Assembly (NCBI RefSeq): GCF_006345805.1
Contig: NC_043017.1
Location: 8,928,001-8,992,000, forward strand
Reading direction: 5' to 3'
DNA length: 64,000 bases
DNA from: Octopus sinensis
Lineage: Eukaryota
The position numbers and the translations under genes are program-made. The stretch's first letter is position 1. The number at the start of each line of letters is the position of its first letter. Below are positions 26,297-38,684 of the stretch, in pieces. The notes below the pieces were generated by a model. It saw only the letters and a list, made by a program, of their open reading frames with translations, was not told the origin of the DNA and ran no database searches.

Positions 26297-26525
26297 GAAG
26301 GCGGCGAGCTGGCAGAAACGTTAGCACGCCGGGCGAAATGCGTAGCCGTATATCGTCTGCCATTACGTTTTGAGTTCAAATTCCGCCGAGGTCGACTTTG
26401 CCTTTCAGCCTTTCGGGGTCGATAAATTAAGTACCAGTTACGCACTGATGTCAATATAATCGACTTAATCCGTTTGTTTGTCCTTGTTTGTCCCCTCTAT
26501 GTTTAGCCCATTGTGGGCAGTAAAG
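26297..26525 (+). mobile_element. SINE family B, full length, with a conserved central domain (Deu/Nin/Meta-type; exact superfamily not resolved)
   Basis: A box TGGCAGAAACGTTAG; B box GAGTTCAAATTCC; GTCGACTTTGCCTTTCAGCCTTTCGGGGTCGATAAATTAAGTACCAG. Confidence 0.85.
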
Positions 26526-26823
26526 ATATATATATATATGTATATATATCAGTACATATAATACATGTGTGTGAGTGTGCATGTATTTGTATGCATACAT
26601 CCATACATACATACATACATACATACATACATACATACATACATACATACATACATACATACATACATACATACATACATACATACATACATACATACAT
26701 ACGTACTATACAATGACTTCTGTGCACTATATTAGCATTTTTATAATGAATTGTGTATCATTTTGTTTTTATATTTGGTAACAATTATTTATGGCATCTG
26801 GAATTGCCCTTAGTGTCCGTATG

Positions 26824-26862
<39 letters not shown>

Positions 26863-28058
26863 GTATATATATGTATGTATGTATATATATGTATGTATGT
26901 ATATATATGTATGTATGTATATATATATGTATGTGTGTACGTGTGTTTTTTTTTCTGAGTTTTATTTTTAAGTTCCTTTGAGAGAGTTCAAGCTGGTCAT
27001 GAAAAAAGTGACACAACTTTTTAAGTCAAGAGAATTCTTAGTGTTTGTATATGTATATATATGTGTGTGTGTGTGTGTGGTTGAACTGGTGTATTGGTTG
27101 AGCTGTATGCATGTGTGTATGTGTGTGTATATGTACGTGTGTATGTGTGTATATAAATGTGTATCTATGTATGATTGTGTATACGTATGTAATATGAATG
27201 CATGTAGTATGAATGTGTGTATAGTGTGTATGTATGTGTGTGTATAGTGTGTGTATATAGTATGAGTGTGTGTATGTATGTAGTATGTATGTATATGTAT
27301 ATCTGTGAGTATGTATGCATGTATGTTTATGTATGTTTGTATACATGCATATGTGTATGTATGTAATAAGGATGCATGTAGTATATATATATATGTGTGT
27401 ATATATGCATATATATATGTTTACATCTAGTTTGTATATATACATAGTATGAAGGAAGTATATATGTATGAGTGCATACATATATATATATGTACATGGG
27501 TACGTACATATATTCATGTATGTATACTGTATGAAATATGTGTGTGTGTATGCATGTACGTATTTCAACAATCTATTGAGTTATCAAATTTCCAATTTTG
27601 TAATCATTTTTCCTAACCCTTATTCAATTTCACTGGATGTTTTTCTTTATTCTTAGTGCCCTTATTTTCCTGTCATAACTACAGTTTAGTGCCCCATTGT
27701 TTTTCTTTCCTTATAACTTTCTTATTACAGCTTTTATTTAAATGAAATTTGGCAGAAATACATTTTCAAAAGTGTAGATGTTAATCATATGTTCTATGTA
27801 ATTTAAAAAAATTAATTATTTATTAATTAATTTATTTATTTATTTACTTTGATTCAAATGGAAAAGTAGTTTGTACTTTTTTAAATGTTTGATAACAAGC
27901 TTGTCATTGTAGCACAGCATAAAAAAACCACCTATGATATTGTCTTGGCTGTTATTATTCATTACTGATATTGAAAAATTTGAAGATATAATGGAAAAAT
28001 GTAGTTTGTAGTATGTATGTATGTATGTATGTATGTATGTATGTACGTACGTATGTGT

Positions 28059-28355
28059 GGAGGCACATGGCCTAGTGGTTAGAGCAGCAGACTCGCAGTC
28101 GAGGGATTGTGGGTTTGAATCTCAGACCGGGTGATGTGTGTGTTTATGAGCGAAACACCTAGGCTCCACATGGCTCTGGCAGAAGGTAATGGCGAACTTC
28201 TGCTGACTCTTTCGCCTCAACTTTCTCTCACTCTTTCCTCCTGCATCTTGCAGCTCACCCCTGTGACGGACCAGCGTCCCGTCCAGGTGGGGAACCAAGA
28301 AAACCGGGAAACTGGCCCTTATGAGCCAGGCATGGCTCGAAAAGGAACAAACAAC
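28059..28355 (+). mobile_element. tRNA-derived SINE, family C, with V-domain-like segment
   Basis: A box TGGCCTAGTGGTTAG; B box GGTTTGAATCTC; CCCTGTGACGGACCAGCGTCCCGTCCAGG resembles the V-SINE domain (recalled); middle shared with 25201-25385. Confidence 0.65.
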
Positions 28356-28399
28356 GTACATATGTATGTATGTCATCATGAAGAATACGTGCTCTTTCA

Positions 28400-28745
28400 A
28401 AGGTATTGACTCCCTCCTTTACTTGTTTCCTCCATCTGTGGTGATGACAAGCATTGCTCTCCTAGTCAGCCTCCCACATTTCACAGGCCTTTAATGAAGA
28501 CTTCCTCCATCTGTGGCAATGACAGGCGTTGCTCTCCCAGTCCATCCTCTGCGTATCACGGGCCTTTAATGAGGACTTGACACAATCCTTAAATCGTAGT
28601 CTTGGCTTCTGCCAGGATCGCTTTCCACTAACTAGTTTCCCATATAGCATCTGTTTAGGGATCCTGCTACCATTCATTCTAACAAGGTGTCTAGTCTAAC
28701 GTATCTTTGAAAGAGCACATATTCTTCATGAAGGATTTCAGCATG
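28400..28745 (-). mobile_element. RTE/BovB-like ORF2 C-terminal fragment
   Basis: MNGSRIPKQMLYGKLVSGKRSWQKPRLRFKDCVKSSLK...WESNA...RW. Confidence 0.75.
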
Positions 28746-30059
28746 CTGCTCAAAAATGCACTGCTAGTGTAATGAATGGGGAAAGCTTCATCTTCAATGT
28801 TTGTAGTCATGTATGTTTGTCAAGAGCAGGGCTCATTGGTCACCAGTGGAACCACAAGTGTAAAATATAAGGTAAGCTTGTGTGCACAATGTTCCTAAAG
28901 GTCAGTAATAGTTTTCTTAGCATCCAACCATAAAAGGAAACTATTTGAAAACAGACAATTTGGAGCCTGGTGCAGTTCTCCAGTTGGCCAGCATCTGTCA
29001 AGCCGTCCAACCCATGCCAGCATGGGAAAACAGACGTTAAATGATGATGATGAAGATGAGGAGGAGGATAAGGTAAGGTCTAAGAGGCTGAGATTGGGAA
29101 GATGGGACAAGGCCCCACAGTATAAACCAGCCCTTCTCAGTGAGCTAAAAAGATAGGGGAACGCCATACCCTTGCATACCCTTGCCACTGTTTTCATCAC
29201 TGTTAAGAAAGTTATAAGAAAACAAAGTTTGGAGGTGGGTGGTGGTGGGTAGGGTGGTGTTACTAAACTGTATGCTTACCATGTTCTTTCTCAGGATGTA
29301 TGTACACCTAATTTTTGCATGTATCTTAGGATACACCCTTTCACTGCATCATTGCCTTTGGGGAACCTAACCTTATTTTGATAGTATCGCCTTTCACTGA
29401 AAAAAATGCCATACACCCATCCATCCATGTATCCATCCATCCATCCATTCATCCAGACTCCTACTACTACTATTACTACTGCTGCTACTGTTGCTGCTAC
29501 TACTATTACTACAAACACGACCATCACAGCCGCTACCACCACCAGTATCCCCAACACCTCTACTGCCATGGCCACCACCTCTGCTGCTGCCACTACCACT
29601 GCTGCTGCTACTGCCACCAGTACCCCACCCTCCCCCACTCATTTAATGCCTCTCCCCAAATTTATTCCAATTACTCAAATCAAGATCAGACACAGCGTCG
29701 GTAGTCATCCATAGATAAGTAAGGGCCGATCTATTCAAGAAATTAGGGTACCCTGAAAGAAGCTCTTCAGCTGATTGGAATGCTACCCCTTATATACCTG
29801 AAAACCTTAGTAACCTCAATAGATACCCATCTAACAAAAAAACAACAAAAAAACCAACAATTGTACTAAAATACCTATTTACTAACCAAACAACAATTAT
29901 TACACCCAAATCCAAGTTGAGAAAAGAAAAGAAAAAGAATTTTTAAGAAAACCTGGATTTCAAAGGAAAAAATGAAAATACTTTCCTTTTTTATTATTGT
30001 TGTTAGTTTTTTTATATTGTGACACAGAGTACAGTCCATGAATAATAATAATAATAATA

Positions 30060-30106
<47 letters not shown>

Positions 30107-30902
30107 GTTGAGATTAAACTCAGATAACAGCAAGACAGGCCCCCAGCCCCCTGCCACCACCACCATCATCACCACCACCACCACCATGAGCACCACCACC
30201 ACCATGAGCACCACCACCATGAGCACCACCCCCACCCCCACCACCACCATGACCTCCACCACCACCATGAGCACCACCATCACCATCACCATCACCATCA
30301 CTAACACCGACACTACCACCAACATCAACACAAAAGACCATCACTATAAACAACACTAACACCACTCCTATTGCTATCACTACCACCACTATTATCATCA
30401 CAAATACAACCACCACCACCACCACAACCAACACTACTACAGCAACTACCACCGCCACTGACACCACCACCACTACCACTAGCACCACCGCCATCACCAC
30501 CACCACCACCACCGCCGCCGCCACCGCCACCATCAATAGACATGGGGGCTTTCTTGTTTGAGAAATGGGGTCACCGTGCACCAGTGTGTAAGTTGATGTG
30601 TGTTTTTCTCCTTCTTTCGCTCCTCTGGTTGGATCAATTATGCGAGGACCTAGGCTCCATTTCCACCGACAGGAAACACAAAGCAGCGAAATGAAAACAC
30701 ATTAACCATTGTTGGAGTCTCATCTATGCAGAAATATTACAAGCACGCGCGCGTAAACACACACACACCCACGCACGCACACACACAAACACGCACACAC
30801 ACAAACACCATACCACACACATACGCAGACACTCACACATACACACACAATCTTATCTATCTACCTGTTTATCTATCTGCCTGCCTGTCTGTCTATCCAC
30901 CC

Positions 30903-30952
<50 letters not shown>

Positions 30953-30959
30953 ATATATA

Positions 30960-31470
30960 TATATCATCATCATCATCATCGTTTAACGTCCGCTTTCCAT
31001 GCTAGCATGGGTTGGACGGTTCAACTGGGGTCTGGCAAGCCCGAAGGCTGCACCAGGCCAGTCAGATCTGGCAGTGTTTCTACAGCTGGATGCCCTTCCT
31101 AACGCCAACCACTCCGAGAGTGTAGTGGGTGATTTTATGTGCCACCGACACAGGTGCCAGACGAGGCTGGCAGACGCCACGCTCGGATGGTGTTTTTTAT
31201 GTGCCACCGACACAGGTGCCAGACGAGGCTGGCTGACGGCCACGCTCGGATGGTGTTTTCTTATGTGTCACCGACACAGGTGCCAGACGGGGCTGGCGGA
31301 CGGCCACGCTCGGATGGTGTTTGTTACGTGCCCTCAGCACGGAGGCCAGTCGTTGCAGTACTGGCTACGATCACGTTCGGATGGTTTTCTTATGTGCCAC
31401 CGGCACTGGTACCACAAGGATACAAATTCCATTGATGTTCATCTATTTTGATTTGGTTCGATTTGATTTG
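30960..31470 (-). mobile_element. RTE 3' UTR copy with internal ~60-bp tandem repeats
   Basis: Colinear with 6820-7340; (CAT)n tail. Confidence 0.85.
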
Positions 31471-31489
31471 ATTATATATATATATATCA

Positions 31490-32220
31490 TCATCGTCGTC
31501 ATCATCATCGTCGTTTAACGTCCGTTCTCCATGCTAGCAGGGTTGGACGGTTCGACCGGGGTTCTGGGAAGCCAGAAGGCTGCACCAGGCTCCAGTCTAA
31601 TTGGCAATGTTTCTACAGCTGGATGCCCTTCCTAACGCCAACCACTCCGTGAGTGTAGTGGGTGCTTTTACGTGCCACCTGCACAGGTGCCAGGCGGGGC
31701 TGGCAACGGCCACGGTCAGATTGGTGTATTTTATGTGCCACCGGCACGGAAGCCACTCGAGGCGGTGCTGGCATCGGCCACGAGTCGGATAGTGCTTTTT
31801 ACGTACCACCAGACCAGGGATCCTGGCTGGTTCAATTCGATTTCGATTTCGCTTGCCCCACATGTCTTCACAAGCAAAGGGGTTGGCATGGGTGCCTGTC
31901 GTACGGTCGCATTGGAGTATTTTACGTGCCACGGCCCCGAGTCGGATAGTGCTTTTTACGTACCACCAGGCCAGGGATCCTGGCTGGTTCAATTCGGTTT
32001 CGATTTCGCTTGCCCCAACATGTCTTCGCAAGCATGGGGGGTTGGGATGGGTGTCTGTCGTCGGATGAGGTTCTATATCGACTTCGCTTGCCTCAACCGG
32101 TCTTTGTGTCCAAGGGAGGAAAGGCATTCATAAGTGGGCTGGGCTCACTTGTCCTGCCTGGTCTTCTCACGTACAGAATATTTCCAAAGGTCTCGTCTCT
32201 GGTCATTTCCTCAGTGAGGA
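31490..32220 (-). mobile_element. RTE 3' end of a second subfamily, with an internal ~155-bp duplication
   Basis: (CAT)n tail; duplicated block at about 31783 and 31938; ORF2-end homology at about 32150-32220. Confidence 0.8.
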
Positions 32221-32238
32221 AAAATATATATATATATA

Positions 32239-32272
<34 letters not shown>

Positions 32273-32290
32273 AACAATATATATATCTAT

Positions 32291-32384
<94 letters not shown>

Positions 32385-32645
32385 AACAATAAAAATAAGC
32401 AACAAGGATATCCAGAGGTAATGCAGAACAATCGTTTCAAACAACTCCATTTAATTGATCAATGCAATCATTACATGAATTTAAATGCAGAGCAATCCTC
32501 AGCTGCACAAAGACATAGAATTAAATTAAATTAAAACAGTTGGACACATTTGTATAATTTTACCTAAAATCTCCAAGAAGTTAAGGAGATAGGCAAAGAA
32601 CATGCTATCTTCACTTCAACTTAGAAGCTACTCAGCTTCTAAGCT
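32385..32645 (-). mobile_element. Second copy of the hammerhead-bearing repeat
   Basis: Reverse complement aligns with 24815-25060. Confidence 0.6.
32421..32508 (-). ncRNA. Type I hammerhead ribozyme motif
   Basis: Minus strand GTGCAG-CTGAGGA-[stem II]-GAAACGATTGTT-CTGCAT; stem I pairs fully (one G.U); base of stem II non-canonical. Confidence 0.55.
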
Positions 32646-32739
32646 GAAGTGAAGACACCCAACTGTCAATCTCCAATCTGCAGGCACAGGATAAGAGAAA
32701 GTCCATTCATCCCAGCCATTTTTCTCACAGTTACCCACA

Positions 32740-33215
32740 TCATCATCATCATTTTGCCTGGTTCCAGGCAAAGGCGTCCCTCAAGAATCACTGGATACCT
32801 ACAACCGGCCATTTTAAGAAAATCTGGAAACACCAGATTCTTGGCTGATTGGGTCTACAGGGTCAAAACTGCTTTTGATCCCACCCAATCAGCTGCAGGC
32901 AAAATTTTGACATTGAGGAGCTTGGCTCTGCTGCCACCCAGACCCCGGCGGATAGTGTCTTCTATCCACTTGGGTTCTATCCTGGGTGGCAACCCGCAGA
33001 CCCAAGCCCTTGTCAACTTCTTCTCACAATACGTGGGAAGAAACAATATCTCTTTGCCCTCTAAGGCCTGACTTGCAAAATTGTGAGCCTCTTCAGGGGT
33101 GTCAAATAGCAACCACACCGTTGCATATTTGACACCACTGGAAATAAATTTTATATTTGGCATGTATTCCACCAACTCTCTCTCGTTGCTGAATGTTTGG
33201 TGCATTTAAATTTTA
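32740..33215 (-). mobile_element. Probable non-LTR retrotransposon ORF1 (L1/Tx1-type) fragment, RRM-like
   Basis: YATVWLLFDTPEEAHNF...RAWVCGLPPRIEPKWI...one stop...YPVILEGR, broken off where a zinc knuckle would be expected. Confidence 0.5.
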
Positions 33216-33394
33216 CTCCATGAAATAGCTTAAAACAATAACAGCACCAACATGAGTGCCACCACCACCACAACCAACACCAGTATTGCTACCACCACCG
33301 CTGCTGCCGCCACCACTGCCACCTTAGCCACAACCACTTTCATCACCATCATCACCACTATCACCGGCACCAGCACCCGTACGAGCACCTCCAT

Positions 33395-33433
<39 letters not shown>

Positions 33434-33550
33434 CACTACCACACCACCACTGCTGCTACTACTACTACTACTACTACTACTACTAACAACAACAACAACC
33501 GCAACAACATTACTCTCTTCTTTCTTCATCTTACTATCATCTTCATTAAT

Positions 33551-33581
<31 letters not shown>

Positions 33582-34336
33582 GCAGCAGCAGCAACAACAA
33601 TAACTATATTACTCTCTTCTCTTCACTATTGGTACCAACAACATTATTCTCCTTCTTCTCACTATCATCATCATCATCATTATCATCATCATCATCCTCA
33701 ACAACAACAATAAAAACATTACTCTCCTCCTCCTTCTCCTTATCATCATCATCATCTTCATCATCAACAATAGCACCAACAGGAGTACCGCTACTACCAC
33801 AACTGTAATCACTACCACCACCATCACAACCACCACCACCATCATGACCATCTCTGTGACTACTGCTACTACTACTGCTACCATCCACAACAATAACAGA
33901 TTTACTCCCCTCCTCTTTCTCCTCACTATCATCATCATCATCATCATCATCATCATCTTCAACAACAAAGCCACACCCCCCCTCCAGTAACAGATGTGCA
34001 TACAAATGACTAAGACACACAATTTGAAAGATATCTCAGTGAAATTTGATGAATCTGTTCTCCTTTTACATTTCTGGCAGTTGTGTGGAATTGTCACACA
34101 CTTCTACAGTTTTAAAGAAAACCTTTTCCACATAGAAAAACCACACGACTTCAGACACACACACACACACAGGCATACACATATGCACATATACATCCAT
34201 TTACTGAGATTGTAAAAGAAGCTGTGTGAGCAGATTTGCAATGGAAACTCCCTTTCAAAGAATTCGATATTCATTGTGTGAATATACAAAATAAATATTC
34301 ATACATACATACTTATACATATACATATATATATAC

Positions 34337-34398
<62 letters not shown>

Positions 34399-34475
34399 AT
34401 ATATATATATATATAATATATATAAAAATACAAAATTGGACAAGATATATATATATATATAATATATATATATAT

Positions 34476-34600
34476 CAAAATAAGCAAACAAGGATATCCT
34501 TGTTGCTTATTTTGATTATAATCACCTTAATTTACATTATAAGGATAATACCATAATAAATTCTGGTACCTTCATCTAATGTACCATATTCATCTGAATC
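34476..34600 (+). mobile_element. 3' fragment of the hammerhead-bearing repeat with a fold-back inverted junction
   Basis: CAAAATAAGCAAACAAGGAT|ATCCTTGTTGCTTATTTTG; downstream part aligns with 25045-25140. Confidence 0.65.
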
Positions 34601-34628
34601 TAAATTTTACTGAACTTATATATATCTA

Positions 34629-34687
<59 letters not shown>

Positions 34688-35372
34688 ATATATATATATG
34701 TATGCCAGCCTCGCCTGGCACGTAAAAAGCACCCACTACACTCACGGAGTGGTTGGCGTTAGGAAGGGCATCCAGCTGTAGAAACACTGCCAGATCAGAT
34801 GAGCCTGGTGCAGCCTTCTGGCTTCCCAGATCCCTGGTCGAACCGTCCAACCCATGCTAGCATGGAGAATGGACATTAAACGATGATGATGATGATACAC
34901 ATATGTTTATGTATGTATATAGTTATATTTTTGGTCATTTTTGATTTTTGCAAAATAAACACATGCACTATATACTCATTCTTTGCTTTGTCCTTTGTCT
35001 GAAATATTTTGTCACACATCCTGTGACCTCTTCAGCGACTCTCTGTCCTATGTGTCTCCTTCTGTTCTGTTTTGTTCATTCTAAACAAGGTGGGAGGAAT
35101 GTGAGAAAAGATTTCAGAGAAAGGACACTAAAATAAAAACAATAATAAAGCTAAAGTGAAGAATGAGTATATAATGCTTGTGTTTATTTTGTAAAAAACA
35201 AAAAAAAAAAAATGAAATGACCATCACCAAATATAACAAAAAAATGAAATGATCATCCCAAGATATAACAATATGTTTCAACCTAAGCCAGGGCCTTTGT
35301 ACATACATATCTGTTATATAACTTGATACATAACTTGATATGAAAATTTTTGTATTAATGGAAAACCTCTAT

Positions 35373-35463
35373 AATTGGCTGATGAGTGCTCAGCATTTTA
35401 AAACTGTTGTAATACTTACAACATCTAATAAAATGATGTAGTACGAAACGATCGTACCAAATT
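35373..35463 (+). ncRNA. Type I hammerhead ribozyme, complete canonical core
   Basis: TTGG(35375-78)-CTGATGA(35379-85)-GTGCT...AGTAC-GAAA(35445-48)-C-GATC-GT-A(35456)-CCAA; stem II has nested helices CATTTTA/TAAAATG and TGTTGTAA/TTACAACA. Confidence 0.78.
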
Positions 35464-35504
35464 ACCAGAGTCATTCTTGTTGCTTATTTTGATTATATAT
35501 ATAC

Positions 35505-35556
<52 letters not shown>

Positions 35557-38321
35557 GTACATGTGTGGTGTGTGTGTGTGTGTGTGTTGTTAAAATTCAT
35601 TGAAAGTAAGAACAGAAGAAACTAAATATCTTCATTGGAAAAAGACGGTGGGTGAGTGGGTAGGCGGATGGGTGTGGTGGATGAAATTTTAGACATTGGC
35701 ACTTGATGGATGGCTTCTCTGTATATTCCGTATATATGGCAGCATAATTAATCCTACAGGGAGGAATTTGGTGATTTGGTGGTGGTGGTGGGGTCTGGGG
35801 TAGTGAAGTTAAGATATAACTTAAAGAGAAGGAGAGAGAGAGAGAGAGAGAGAAATGAAGAAAGGAAGAGTGAAGGAAAGAGTATGAGGAATGAACACGT
35901 GATCAGCAATTAGAGCGTTGCAATTTCAATTTGAATTAAAATCTTCGTTAGCTCCCATATACTTGTTGCATCGTTATGTTCTTCATTTGTTTAGATGTAG
36001 AAACCTCTCAGGGATTCTGTTAGCCTGGCCACAGAAATATTGTCTTTTCACGAAAAGTGAGTGAAGATGGTTGTAGTACAAAGCACATGGCACAGTTTAG
36101 GTGTTTCTGAAGGCTGGGGCACGGCAGTGGTCAGAGTGTGGGCGACATCAGCATCGAGAGTAAGTAACAAGTGATGAAAACTTGCAATTAAGATTTAATT
36201 AAATCTTGTGGATAAATATATGTGTAATTTAAGAAATGGTGACGAGTGAAAATTTTGTAAATATTATTATAAGCTTAAGTTTATAAGATTTCACCGTACA
36301 TTGACTGGAGAAAATAGTTTAACATTGGGGCCTGTATGTGTACTATACCCATTTTTACTGTTGAGAGTTTATATGCTTTAGCTTACAATTATATTTACAA
36401 TATATATAAGCGCCGACTTGACTGGCTTCTGTGCCGGTGGCATGTAAAAAGCACCAACCGATCATGGTCGCTGCCAGCCTCCCCTGGCACCTGTGCTGGT
36501 GACACATAAAAAGCATTTGGTAGATGGAAACTGAAAGAGGCCTGTCATATATGTGTGTGTATTTGTGGTGTGTTTGTGTTTGTTCCCTTTCTCCACTACT
36601 TGACAACCGGTGTTGGTGTGTTTACATCCCCATAACTAAGTGGTTTGGCAAAAGAAGCCAATAGAATACGTTGCAAATTTAACAAATATATATATATAAA
36701 AAAGCAATGGGGTCAATTCATTCGACTAAAATTCCTTCAAGGTTATGCCCTTGCATGGCCACAGTCCAATGACTGAAACAAGTAAAGAGATAAAAGAAAA
36801 ACATAAGATATTTACTATATCAATTCAATGGATCATACACACACACGTTTTTGTAGACAGAGTTGTGCTCATGTAAGATGTATGTAAAAATATGCAGATG
36901 TATATCCACTTCATCAGCAGGATTACAAGAGAAAGTTATTATTCAAGATAAACTCATTCACATAGACTTGTGGCTTACATAAAGCAAAGCGTGAGCTATT
37001 ACAGTCAAGGTTGTAATGTGAGTTTCAAATGAAACTGTTTCGGTGTAGATTCACAAGATCAAGGTGTTGTACAGTTTGTGTGTGTGTAAGCTGAGACGCA
37101 GGTAAGTATGTACAGACACACACACACATATGCATGGACACGCACACATACACATACATTATTGTTATTATTTTTAATGGGCAGAAGTTGCAAAGTGACT
37201 CAAGTGCTGAGTGTTTTGTGAATGTCACTTGTCTATCTATCTATTTATCATTATATCTATCTGTCTGTCTATGCCTGTTTGTCTGTTGTCTGTATGTCTC
37301 TCTATCTATCTGTCTGTCTGTTTGTCCCATGACTTATTCTTTTGTAAGCTTAGTACTTATTCTATTGATACCTTTTGCTGAACCGCTAAGTTACAGGGAT
37401 GTAAGTACATCGGTTGTCAAGCAATGGTGGGAGGACCAATTCAGTCACACAAACATATACATACATACATACATGCATACATATATACACACACACACAT
37501 ATATATAATATATATGATGATCTTCTTTCAGTTTCCGTCTACCAAATCCACTCACAAAGCTTTGGTCAACCCAAGGCTATAGCAGATGACATTTGTCCAA
37601 GGTGCCACATGTTGGGACTGATCCTAGAACCATGAGGCTGGTAAGCAAGCTACTTACCACACAGCCACTCCTATATATGCATGTATATAATTTGTGTGTA
37701 TATATGTGTGTATATGATCTGCCAAAGTAATTTGAAAAGAATCTTTTTGCTGTGGACAGAATTTACCATAAAAAAACAACACGGAAAAAGGAAAAAAAAT
37801 TCTTCAGGAAGAAAGAAAAGTTTTTTTTAAAGAGATGAATGAATTAATTTTGAAAAAAAAAAAAATGAAGTGGGCAGGTTTTTAGATGAAGCGAGATAAA
37901 AATTAAACTTAATGAAGAATAAAACTGGTAATCCAGAAACTTCTATTTTTGTAACGATTAGCCAGAAACAGATTTATTTTTGGGAAGCATCTGTAACTTC
38001 TATTTTGGTAAATACACCCAAAGTGTTCAGGCTTGAAAAATAAATAACCGTTATCGTCGTCATCGTCATCGTCTTCCTCCTCCTCCTCCTCCTCCTCATC
38101 ATGATGATGATGATGATGATGATGATGATGGTGATGGTGATGGTGATGGTGGTGTTGGTGGTGGTGATGGTGATGATGATGATGATGATGGTGTTGGTGG
38201 TGTTGGTGATGATGATGATGATGATGATGATGGTGATGGTGGTGTTGGTGGTGGTGGTGGTGGTGGTGATGGTGATGATGATGATGATGATGATGATGAT
38301 GTGTTTGTGATATTTCTCAAC

Positions 38322-38516
38322 CGGTGGTTCTCATTTGCAACACCAGGGACACAAGCAGCCCTCAAGTATCCTTCTAGCAGCCCTTGACAGTCTTCCCTCT
38401 ATAAATATGATAAATTTCTTTAACTGACTCGTGTTTTCCTTTTTTTTTTTTTGCTGCAGACCCCCTAAAAAAAATCCAGGATCTGGCCTGGATATTAAAA
38501 AGGTTGAGCACCACTG
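38322..38516. mobile_element. Degenerate hAT-like MITE
   Basis: Ends CGGTGGTTCTCA ... TGAGCACCACTG; no clear TSD. Confidence 0.5.
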
Positions 38517-38684
38517 TTTTAGGCTCTTTTGTAAGATCGATAAGGTTGATAGAAACGTCTTTAAAATTCCTATTTGGTTTTTCATTCATTATTTTTTGTT
38601 GTTTGAACTATATATAATATGAGATAAAGAAACTTAGCAGTTTCTCGCAATATATACCATATCTAAACCAAATTTTTCCAGCGT

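Noticed and set aside
26297-26395. Possible tRNA gene
   Set aside because: A and B boxes belong to a SINE head with an insertion between them; no cloverleaf. No genuine tRNA gene was recognised in the window.
38530-38565. TAAGATCGAT...GATAGAAACGTC resembling a decayed Penelope hammerhead
   Set aside because: Core does not match CTGANGA and there is no stem I
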